Positions 43,365-54,464 of a DNA stretch of 64,000 nt are shown here, piece by piece. The stretch spans positions 45,570,001 through 45,634,000 of the forward strand of contig OZ231126.1 of assembly GCA_965153355.1 (NCBI GenBank), in the 5' to 3' direction. This DNA comes from Flaccisagitta enflata (lineage: Eukaryota). Under the pieces are notes generated by a model that worked only from the letters and a program-made list of their open reading frames with translations, had not been told where the DNA came from and made no database searches. Position numbers and translations under genes: made by a program. Numbering within the stretch: the stretch's first letter is position 1; the number at the start of each line of letters is the position of its first letter.

Positions 43365-44511
43365 AAAGAAAAAGAAAAAGAAAAAGAAAAAGAAAAAGAA
43401 AAAGAAACAGAAACAGAAAAAGAAAAAGAAAAAGAAAAAGAAAAAGAAAAAGAAAAAGAAAAAGAAAAAGAAAACGAAAACGTGACGCGAGGTCACAATG
43501 TTGTTGCGGACGGTGGGCAGAGGCGGCCGACTCCCATCCACACCCAACACCCCACCCAACCCTCTTCCCAACACAGATACATACACAAAAACTTCTATAA
43601 CGCTCGTATTCTCACTTTTCGACTCATGTTCACGGACGGACATAGCCTCTTATAGAGTTGCGTGTCCGCAAATAAAAAGAAAAAGAAAAACAAGAAGAAA
43701 AAGAAAAACAAGAAGAATATGAAAAAAAAAGAAGAAGAAAAAGAAGAAGAAAAAGGAAAAGAAAAAGAAATAGAAAAAGAAATAGAAGAAGAAAAAGAAG
43801 AAGAAAAAGAAAAGGAAAAATGAAAAAGAAAAAGAAAAAGAAAAAGAAAAAAGAAAAGAGAATTGGACGTGTGTTTTTAGGTAGAACCAAGAGGCCAGAA
43901 GATGGAAGGAAGACGAATAAAACGGAGGAAACACGAAGCTGTGATACTGGGTAAAGTAGGCTCCTTCCAATGCCACTTTTAATGAAGGTGAATGGCGTTT
44001 GATGGCAAAGGATCGTCTAAGATTATCAGCGGAATTGGCTGAAGATGGATCATGGGGGCGAGAGATCCATTGACTGATAGACTGGTGGATCATGATGGCC
44101 GGGATACCACGGACTGATGGAATAATATAAATGGATGAATGTATGGAAAAATGAATACAGTTACGGATTTAACACATGGTCCACATTAAAGACGAACTGA
44201 CACATGATTGCCACACTTCTTGCTGGACTTGTGTGATAAGATTTTTACCATAGTAGGCCAAAGGTGCAAGGACTCTTCGGTTAAAACTTCATCTTGCCAG
44301 CACAGCTAGAAGTACGCATTTCATACATTTTATTCTCATGTGTTAGTTCGCCTAAATGTGGACCATGTGTCAATAATGGATCGATGGATGGATGGGTCAT
44401 GGGTGGAATGGTGCATGGATGGATGGATAGATAGGTGGATGGCTGGATGAATGGTCGGATGGATAGATGGATGGATGGATGGATGGATGGATGGATAGAT
44501 GGATGGATGGA

Positions 44512-45573
<1,062 letters not shown>

Positions 45574-45967
45574 TGGATGGATGGATCATGGATGGAAGAA
45601 TGGATGGATGGATGGCAGCTTACTTGCACAGGAGCTAATTAAGAAATGGGTTGATCATAATTGAGAACATTTCGTGTATTGCGTTGATTTATATGCGGTT
45701 GTACTTTGCAGTGGGCGTGATCCACCAACCGACTTCTTAGCGTAAAAGAATGAACGATCGTCTGTCTTTATCAAGGTAAGAAAACAAGGCCAAGTAGGCC
45801 AATAAGGTGCGACGTGTGGATCGAGATCGTCGAACGAATGCGTTACCCGACCAACCGACCAACCAACGGACATAGCCAGTTATAGAGGTGCTTTGTCGCA
45901 CCTAAAAATAGGGAAGAGAGTATTAAAAATCCGTAGCACACGCGATGAATTGGAAGGAGAGCATCTA

Positions 45968-46038
<71 letters not shown>

Positions 46039-46148
46039 ATTGTGTGCGTAGTATAATGAAAGAGAGTGCTTAGTGCTTACAGTAAAAGGACGTTGAATAA
46101 GACAGCTTAAGGCAAGGGAACGCCCTTTTTCTCTCGCAAAGGAAAAAA

Positions 46149-46242
<94 letters not shown>

Positions 46243-46466
46243 CCGCGTCCCGCTTTGATTCCCATACCTTCAAGCCACCCTTTAGTTAATTAGGACTCAA
46301 TCCCTCATTTTACTTTGTCACTTGTTCTCGTCATCCCTTCACCCATGCCGCGCACTTATTCTGACATTCTTCATCCAATGATTCATTTGCCTTTTCTAAC
46401 ATGTCATGTCCAAGTCATGTTTAAAGTGTCACAATTTTGTTAGTCAATAGTCACTGGGTCCCCATT

Positions 46467-46974
46467 TGTGCCCGCTCGCTCCCTTTCTTACTAACCGGAG
46501 TAGTAGTGACGACGCAATTAACGGTCTGAAATAATTTATTAGCAATCATTAGTAATCATTAACAATGAGCAGTAATAATTGGCAATCATTAGTACATCAA
46601 TTTACTTCTGTACAAAGCTTAGTACCTGAAACTTCAACTCATTTCGGCATTCAGGGAACCAGAGGGTAAGTAATGCTAATCAATTCATCATTAATCTGCA
46701 AAGGATGGAAAAAGAGTAACATTAGTAGGCTTATTTACTCCTAATCGCGAATAAACAATGAGAGCGAAGGAATAAAGACGAGCGAATGGACTAAACAGCA
46801 GGTAAACGCTCTTATAAGGAAATTCTCTTGGCATGTATCATCAATTCCAGCTTAGTTTCCGTTCGCTTCGAAGCGGTGAACTATTAATAGAGGGCGCTAC
46901 TAAAAGGTAAGTTTTTAGAGGCAAAGTAAGGTCTTAAAACAAATGAACAGTGCTTGCTCACGCGAGCCCGCACA
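46467..46974 (-). repeat. 3' LTR (508 bp)
   Basis: Copy of 51834-52341, preceded on the minus strand by the PPT at 46975-46983. Confidence 0.95.
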
Positions 46975-46983
46975 CCCCCCACC
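46975..46983 (-). promoter_or_regulatory. Polypurine tract (PPT)
   Basis: Minus-strand GGTGGGGGG immediately 5' of the 3' LTR. Confidence 0.8.
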
Positions 46984-47002
46984 TGGACTGTAAAACATGT
47001 CC

Positions 47003-47786
47003 AGCGCAAGCATGAGAAATCGTAAGCGCAAGCATGAGAAATCGTAAGCGCAAGCATGAGAAATCGTAAGCGCAAGCTTGAAAGCGTGAAAGTCAAAGGC
47101 CAAACTTGAAAGCATGAATGCAAAAGGCCAAACTTGAAAGCATGAATGCAAAAGGCCAAACTTGAAAGCATGAAAGCAAAAGGCCATACTTGAAAGCATG
47201 AAAGCAAAAGGCCAAACTTGAAAGCATGAAAGCAAAAGGCCAAACTTGAAAGCATGAAAGCAAAAGGCCAAACTTGAAAGCATGAAAGCAAAAGGCCAAA
47301 CTTGAAAGCATGAAAGCAAAAGGCCAAACTTGAAAGCATGAAAGCAAGGCCAACCCTGAAAGCATGAAAGCAAATAAAACTTGAAAGCATGAAAGCAAAG
47401 ACACAAACTTAGCAAAAGGCCAAACTTGAAAGCATGAAAGCAAAAGGCCAAACTTGAAAGCATGAAAGCAAAAGGCCAAACTTGAAAGCATGAAAGCAAA
47501 AGGCCAAACTTGAAAGCATGAAAGCAAAAGGCCAAACTTGAAAGCATGAAAGCAAAAGGCCAAACTTGAAAGCATGAAAGCAAAAGGCCAAACTTGAAAG
47601 CATGAAAGCAAAGGCCAAACTTGAAAGCATGAAAGCAAAGGCCCAACTTGAAAGCATGAAAGCAATAAACTTGAAAGCATGAGCAAAGGCCAAACTGAAA
47701 GCATGAAAGCAAAAGGCCAAACTTGAAAGCATGAAAGCAAAAAGGCCTAACTTGAAAACATGAAAGCAAAAGGCCTAACTTGAAAG
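47003..47786. repeat. Minisatellites in the LTR element's 3' non-coding region: 22-bp unit x3, then 28-bp unit AAAAGGCCAAACTTGAAAGCATGAAAGC x~25
   Basis: Directly visible tandem units. The 28-aa periodicity of the ORF translations confirms the 28-bp unit. Confidence 0.95.
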
Positions 47787-48641
47787 GTAGAGCATCGCAA
47801 TGCCTGAAATAATTCTCTTTATCTTATCAAATGTTTTTGAGAATCATTTACCCATCCTACTTTAAAATGAAAAGATGGCGAGGGAAAGATTGGGGCAGTC
47901 ACGATTTTAAAGAGGGGAAAATTCCATTCAAACAAAAGAGAATTAACCAAAATCAAATTCTTTAACTTGAGTAGTTGTTGACTCAAAATCTTTGTCAACA
48001 ATAGGGAAAAGATAAATGTAAGCATCGTAAACTTCAGGGTAGTTGTTGACGCAAAATCTCTGCCAACAAGAGTAAATGTACATGAAATCTAATCCTTTTT
48101 TTTCATGAACGTAAGAAAAAGCTTACAAGCATCATTAACTTCAGGGTGGTTGTTGATACACAAATCAACAATAGAAAATTACTCGGGATCGTCTCATGGA
48201 TAGAGTAATCGTCAAAAGGGGAATAATGAAAATTACATTCAAAAATGATACTCTCTTGAGCATCAAAACGTAAAAATTTAAAGCACCTCTAACTGCATTG
48301 TGTAGTAGATGCAAAGAAAAAGCTTGAAACTTAAAAATGGAAAAAGTAAGCGTCATTAATCGCAATGTAATTGTTGACACAATCAAGACTTTTCCCCCTC
48401 CTACCCCCCACGTCCTTCATTCCATGTAAATCTAACCCAAAGAACCAATGCCCGACGGCGAGTTGCAGTTGGAGAGAGTAGGAAAAGGTCGTAGGAGCGG
48501 AGGTGTAGCAGAATCGTTGACGCGTAAACTCGTACTAGAGCAGCGTGCAGGAGCGTCGAATTGTATCATATCATCAGGGCTTATCACTGAAGCCATATTT
48601 CTTATCATAACGGCGTTGCTCTTTTATCACTAGAGCAGCTT

Positions 48642-48839
48642 TCATTGAGACTTGAGGCACATTTCACGTCGGCAAATTCGAAGTATAAATGCAAAATCAA
48701 TGAGAGCATGAACTAACTGACGAGAAAGAGCTAAAAAGAGTGAGAGTATAAAGAGTAACAATCTAAATGTTATCACCAAAACGGCGTCTTCTTTTACGTC
48801 GAATTGAGCGAAGTAGCTGAAGATAAACATTGGACTCAT
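48642..48839 (-). CDS. Small hydrophobic ORF (65 aa) overlapping the long ORF's stop (ATGA)
   Basis: ATG overlaps the TGA of the long ORF. Hydrophobic stretch AVLVITFRLLLFILSLFLAL. Confidence 0.3.
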   Translation of the reverse strand: MSPMFIFSYFAQFDVKEDAVLVITFRLLLFILSLFLALSRQLVHALIDFAFILRICRREMCLKSQ

Positions 48840-50558
48840 TTCTCACTTTTTCTCCCAGCGTCGGTAGCGTAATCGGAAGGCCCGTGACATCGTTGTCGCG
48901 GGAAAAGGCTTGGGGTGGCGGCCGGGAATCTCGTAGGGTGGCGGCCGGGAATCTCGTGGGGTGGCGGCCGGGAATCTCGTGGCTGTGAAGCGTGATTGAG
49001 GCCCGTAGAAGCGTGATTGAGGCCCGTAGAAGCGTGGTTGTGGCCCGTAGAAGCGTGGTTGTGGCCCGTAGAAGCGTGGTTGTGGCCCGTAGAAGCGTGG
49101 TTGTGGCCCGTAGAAGCGTGATTGATTTTCGAGTGGAGACGGAGAATTCTTTTCTTTCTTCTTTTTCTCCTCCTGGACTCGAACTCGTAACGTCGAAGAC
49201 GCGGCTTTTTCTTTTCTTTTCTGGCATAGAAAAGTTGAAGGCGTAAAAATCTTTTCTTTCTCTTTTTTGCCCTCGCGTAAGTCTTCTCGTCGCAAAAATC
49301 TTGACGATGGGTCCCTCCAAAAAAGGAGAGAAAAGGAAAAGCTTTGCAGTTTCCAGATGACGACGGACGGCCGTCAGATGAATCTTTGCCGTCTGCAGAT
49401 GAATCTTGACAGTCTGCAGATGTTCGACGGTCGAAAGAAGAAGCTTGGTAGTCTGTAGATGACGTCAACAGATGATTGACGGATGTTTGGCAGTCTACAG
49501 ATAACGACCGACGATCGAAGGTGAAAGCTTGTTCATTCACAGATGATACTTGGTGGTCTTCAGATGATGACTGAAGATGAAAAGAAGAAACTTGGATGTC
49601 TTCAGATGACGACGGACAGTCGTCAGATGATTCTTGAGGGTCTGCAGATGATGACCGGCGGTCAACAGATGAATCTTGGTAGTCGGCAGATGTTCGATGA
49701 TCGATAGAGGAAGCTTGGTAGTCTGTAGATGATGTCAACAGATGATTGACGGAGGCTTGGCAGTCTACAGATAACGACCAACGATCGGAAGTAAAGGCTT
49801 GTTCATTCGCAGATGATTCTTGGTTGTCTTCAGATGATAACTGAAGATGAAAAGAAGAGACTCGAGTGTCGTCAGATGACGACAGACGGCCATCAGATGA
49901 TTCTTGGCGGTCTGCAGATGATGACCGACGGTCGACAGAATAAGCTTGGCGGTCTGTAGATGATGTCAACGGATGATTGACTGAAGAAGCTTGGTGGTCT
50001 ACAGATGATGTCGACGGACGTGGACGGTCGATCAAAGAGGCTTGATAGTCTGCAGATAAATTCGTAACAGATGTCGGCTTAATCTTGGCAGGTGCCGGCG
50101 GAATCTTGGCAGGTGCCGGCGGAATCTTGGCAGGTGCCGGCGGAATCTTGGCAGATGACGGCAAATTTGTGAGAGATGCCGACAAAATCAAAAACGTAGA
50201 TGAGGAAGAAGATGAATCGTAAAGAAGAGGCTCGTCAGAATGATGAACAGGACGTGAAGGAAGAGAAAAGTTAGTGGCAGTGAGAAGCTGATTTTCTTCG
50301 TTGATCGATGGACATGGGACTGGAGGCACTTCCGGTTGTGAGGCGGTCATGCTTGAGACGTCGAAGGTTTCTTTTCCTTCCTTCTTCCTCTCTTTCACTC
50401 CAGATCTTTCTTTTCCCTTTCTCTCCATCGTCAACATGAATTCGTTCATCTCCTCCTTAATCTTGATCATAATGTTGCCAATTTTCTCACTATCTCCGTC
50501 CATCATGGCTTCGAAGATATCGTCCAATTCATTTTCCGTTGCCTCTTCCAATTCCGAT
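48836..50558 (-). pseudogene. C-terminal part (~573 aa) of the orphan ORF: charged helical region, Ser/Asp-rich ~90-aa repeats, basic NLS-like clusters, HASTGHN repeats
   Basis: 1.7 kb stop-free frame, in frame with the upstream part once the 50559-50937 insertion is removed (F-T-M-K|S-E-L-E-E). Confidence 0.7.
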
Positions 50559-50937
50559 TTTTAGTCGCGTGCACGCGACTCTACAACCCGCTTTGTCGGT
50601 CCGTCCGTCGGTCCGTCGGTCCGTCCGTCCGTCGGTCCGTCCGTCCGTCCGTCACACTTTACTTTTTTGTACTATAACGTCAACTCTTAGGTCATTTTAA
50701 GTCATTTTAAGTCATTTATAGTTATTCTAAGTCATTTTGAGTCAGTCTAAGTCATTTTAAGTCATTTTAAGTCATTTTAAGTTATTTTAAGTTATTTTTG
50801 GTTTTTTGTTTTTTTAGTCATTTTAAGTCAATTTTGGTCATTTTAGGTCATTCTAAGTCATTGAAAGTCATTCTAAGTCATTCTAAGTCACTCTTTGTCT
50901 GAAAGTCTCGCACGCGACTTATAGGTGTTGGCCTTGT
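50559..50937 (+). mobile_element. Helentron/DINE-like non-autonomous element (family A) nested in the LTR element's ORF
   Basis: TTTTT plus 18-bp palindrome AGTCGCGTGCACGCGACT, (GTCC/GGTC)n, 10-bp AAGTCATTYT array, subterminal GCACGCGACT and GGCCTTGTT end. Confidence 0.85.
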
Positions 50938-51698
50938 TTCATCGTAAAACGGAAATTCATTTCTTCATCCAATTTCATAATTTCTTTTATTTTTCTTTCT
51001 AGTCTTTGAAACAGCGACTCTCTTCTTTCTTCTTCGTCGTTGTTCAAATTGGATTCCAAGTGAGTGGCAAGGAGATCCAAATGAAGAGGACGATGTTGAT
51101 TTTCCGTCAATGCCTTGTGCGCGACTCGGCAATCGACATCACCACCGCCTCCAAAGCTTTCGCCGCCACCATCAACACCGCCGCCTCCACCATCGAGAAC
51201 GCCGCCGCCGCCGCCATTTCTCAGACTGATGTCAACACCACCGCCACTTTCATCCTCCTGGCCATTCATCGTCGTAGTGGCATGAGGCTCTTGCTCAGTG
51301 CCGAAGGCAGCGTCGTAGAGGAAAAGTTTTGGTAAATGCATCAAACAAAATGGCGACTGTCCATTAATAAAACGGCGTGTCTCTTCTAAAAGGAGGCGAT
51401 AAGGCTCGATGATGACATAGAAATATTCCCACAACGCGTAGGAAATGTCTTGAAGCTGCAGCGTTACAACGGCGTAGCTGATGGCGTTGTTAGCTGCGCA
51501 AAAAAGCTGATAGATTTCTTGGGTTGTCTCCGGCGATCGCGTAAATGCGGAGAGGAGAGAATCGTAAAGTAGTTGATAGATGGCAGGAAGCTGATGCCGA
51601 TCCATCGCTTGGTGGACGTGACTCTTGACGCCCATAGTTGAGTCGGCTGTAATCGGTTCCGACTTTGAAATTCCGAGGACGTGACTCTTGACGTCCAT
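50938..51698 (-). pseudogene. N-terminal part (~254 aa) of the LTR element's orphan ORF, truncated by a nested insertion
   Basis: Non-repetitive helical-looking protein (LPAIYQLLYDSLL...LWEYFYVIIEPYRLLLEETRRF), then a Gly-rich linker and charged segment. The last 5 residues of the ORF-track call (QGQHL) come from the inserted element. Confidence 0.7.
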
Positions 51699-51820
51699 CG
51701 TTACGTCGGCGGGAATCGGTTCCGACGTTAAACTTCAGAGGACGTAGCTCTTGACGTCCATCGTAACATCGCCACCAATGACGTCAGCGGGGCTCGGCGC
51801 CGACGACGATCAGCGAAGCG

Positions 51821-51833
51821 ATGAGTTGAAGCT
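51821..51833 (-). promoter_or_regulatory. Primer-binding-site position holding a non-tRNA tract complementary to the element's own LTR
   Basis: Minus strand reads LTR|AG CTTCAACTCAT with no TGG. It is the exact complement of minus-strand ATGAGTTGAAG inside the LTR (51999-52009). Confidence 0.65.
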
Positions 51834-52341
51834 TGTGCCCGCTCGCTCCCTTTCTTACTAACCGGAGTAGTAGTGACGACGCAATTAACGGTCTGAAATA
51901 ATTTATTAGCAATCATTAGTAATCATTAACAATGAGCAGTAATAATTGGCAATCATTAGTACATCAATTTACTTCTGTACAAAGCTTAGTACCTGAAACT
52001 TCAACTCATTTCGGCATTCAGGGAACCAGAGGGTAAGTAATGCTAATCAATTCATCATTAATCTGCAAAGGATGGAAAAAGAGTAACATTAGTAGGCTTA
52101 TTTACTCCTAATCGCGAATAAACAATGAGAGCGAAGGAATAAAGACGAGCGAATGGACTAAACAGCAGGTAAACGCTCTTATAAGGAAATTCTCTTGGCA
52201 TGTATCATCAATTCCAGCTTAGTTTCCGTTCGCTTCGAAGCGGTGAACTATTAATAGAGGGCGCTACTAAAAGGTAAGTTTTTAGAGGCAAAGTAAGGTC
52301 TTAAAACAAATGAACAGTGCTTGCTCACGCGAGCCCGCACA
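51834..52341 (-). repeat. 5' LTR (508 bp)
   Basis: No differences from 46467-46974 on manual comparison. Imperfect terminal IR TGTGCCCGCTCGC/GCGAGCCCGCACA. Minus-strand TATAAG near 52178-52183 and AATAAA at 51902-51907. Confidence 0.95.
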
Positions 52342-53418
52342 CCATTTCTGGACACTGGACACGTCCCTCACCTCCTTAACTCTCCCTTTCATACTCCCAG
52401 AGATTCCATCACTGCTTATTCCTCAACACTCCTAAGTACACCTCTACCTTTTCTTTACCACAACCATGATAATCCCACGCTTTCCCCCTTCCCCACTTCG
52501 TATCTTTAACGATTGTAATTTTTAGACGTGGGCACGCGACTCAACAACCTGCTATGTCGGTTGATAGGTCGGTCGGTCAGTCGGTCAGTCGGTCCGCTCT
52601 GCGACCCCTCTTTGCGGCATTCTATGAAAAGTGGAACAATATCCCTCACTATACTCAAACTGAAATAAATGGAAGAGGGCCTTGTGAACCCTAGTTCATG
52701 GGCGCACCACTCCTAGGTTCCCATAATCTGAAAAACATTCTTTGTAAATATAACCCAAAAAAACAAACTGCTTATCAAAACTGAGACAAAAGAAATTAGG
52801 GGCAAAGGATTGATACCTGTGTAACCAGTGCACCACTATATACCCTTTTCCGTATCTTTGTTTGGTCGTTGATGGTCTTCTCCTTCTGCAGCATCCTGTC
52901 GTCAGCCTCCCTGAACCCTCATCCTCCCCATTCCGCACCTCTACGCCGTCCTTGATGATTTCCCCTCCTGCGGCACCCTGTCTTTGATCCTCTTACATCT
53001 AACACCTCCACCTACCACGTTCCACAGTTCTGCTACGTCGTTGAAGGTCTCCCATCTTTGCAGCACCCTGTCATAGACCCCCTTTCCTCCCGATCCACAT
53101 CTATCCATCTCGTTCCGCACATCTACCCCGCCGTTGATGTCCTCCCCTGTTCCGTGGCACCCTGTCTTCGACCTCACGTGACTGTGACCAGAAATCGGGG
53201 CTGAAATGGTTGAATCACGTCATCAGATCCCAATTCGCCAAAAAGATCAGTTTCACCCTTCACCCACATTTTGCCGCTTCCGTTTACCTCCTCCTCTTTC
53301 TCCTCCTCCTCTTCCTCCTCTTCCTCCTCTTCTCGTTGTCTCCCTCGTCCGACGCCTCTCATGAAATGCCTATGATGCATCGACAGTAAATCCGACTAAG
53401 TCTGCGACGTACTGCATT

Positions 53419-53529
<111 letters not shown>

Positions 53530-53580
53530 ACTGACTGACTGACTGACTGACTGACTGACTGACTGACTGACTGACTGACT

Positions 53581-53618
<38 letters not shown>

Positions 53619-54368
53619 TAGACAGTCGGACAGTTACACCGACAGATAGATAATCAGAAAGAACGACAGGCAGACAGACAGACAAAGAGAGGCTAGGATT
53701 AATGAAAAAGAAAAGTACAGTAATAAACCTGCGCGGCACACACAAAAAAACTTACAGCCCGTGCCCGATGGCCCGTGGTTTGGTTGATCAAATGACAGAG
53801 ACGCGTGGACAGACAGGCAGACAGTAAAAGTCATGAATATGATATCGTAAAAATCTGGAATAGCGATCATTCTGCATGCCATTTTTTTCTGGTGGTCACA
53901 AAAAGGGGGCAAATCGGAGCTTAGCAGACAATACATGAAAAAGGCAACGGAAAAAAAAGACCATCACTTTCCGTGGTTCCACTGTCGATCATATTTCTGA
54001 CAAAAAAAAGTGCTTTTTTTATCATTGCCCGTCGGTCGTCCGTTCTTGTTTGTCTTTTTTTTTTTTTTTTTTTTTTGTCTTGATTTTTTGCCATTCCATT
54101 ATTTGAGATGGTAGATTTTTTGGAAAGAAGCGTCAGATTTCACTATGCGAACGTTCTTTGTCACCCAAACTCTGAACAGCATTATACTGGACTGCCAACT
54201 CATTTCGACTGTTTGTCTTTTTTTTTAAATGTGTATGCCTGTTTCTCCGTCAGCCGCATAGTCAGTATCTTGTTCGACTGTCGATTTGTGTGTCTGACTG
54301 TCTGTCCGTCTGCTTGTCTGTCTGTGTCTGTCTCTGTCTGTCGGTCTGTTTCTTTCTGTCTCTGTCTG

Positions 54369-54464
<96 letters not shown>

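Larger units (their letters stand above)
46467..52341 (-). mobile_element. Full-length non-autonomous LTR retroelement (5.9 kb) carrying an orphan ORF; no recognisable gag/pol
   Basis: 508-bp direct repeats at 46467-46974 and 51834-52341 start TGTG and end CACA. 5-bp target duplication CCATT at 46462-46466 and 52342-52346. Minus-strand polypurine tract GGTGGGGGG abuts the left LTR. The main internal ORFs are on the minus strand. Confidence 0.95.

Noticed and set aside
46975-46990. Plus-strand orientation for the LTR element
   Set aside because: The C-rich tract after the left LTR is a minus-strand PPT, there is no PPT before the right LTR, and the main ORFs are on the minus strand.
46884-47769. 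Long ORFs (up to 284 aa) and a CRISPR-like look of the 28-bp array
   Set aside because: The units are directly adjacent with no spacers and no cas genes. The ORFs are translations of a stop-free 28-bp unit.
48843-49295. RFYGPQP repeats resembling a neuropeptide precursor
   Set aside because: This is an alternative frame of the 21-bp repeat inside the long ORF, with no signal peptide and no G-K/R cleavage sites.
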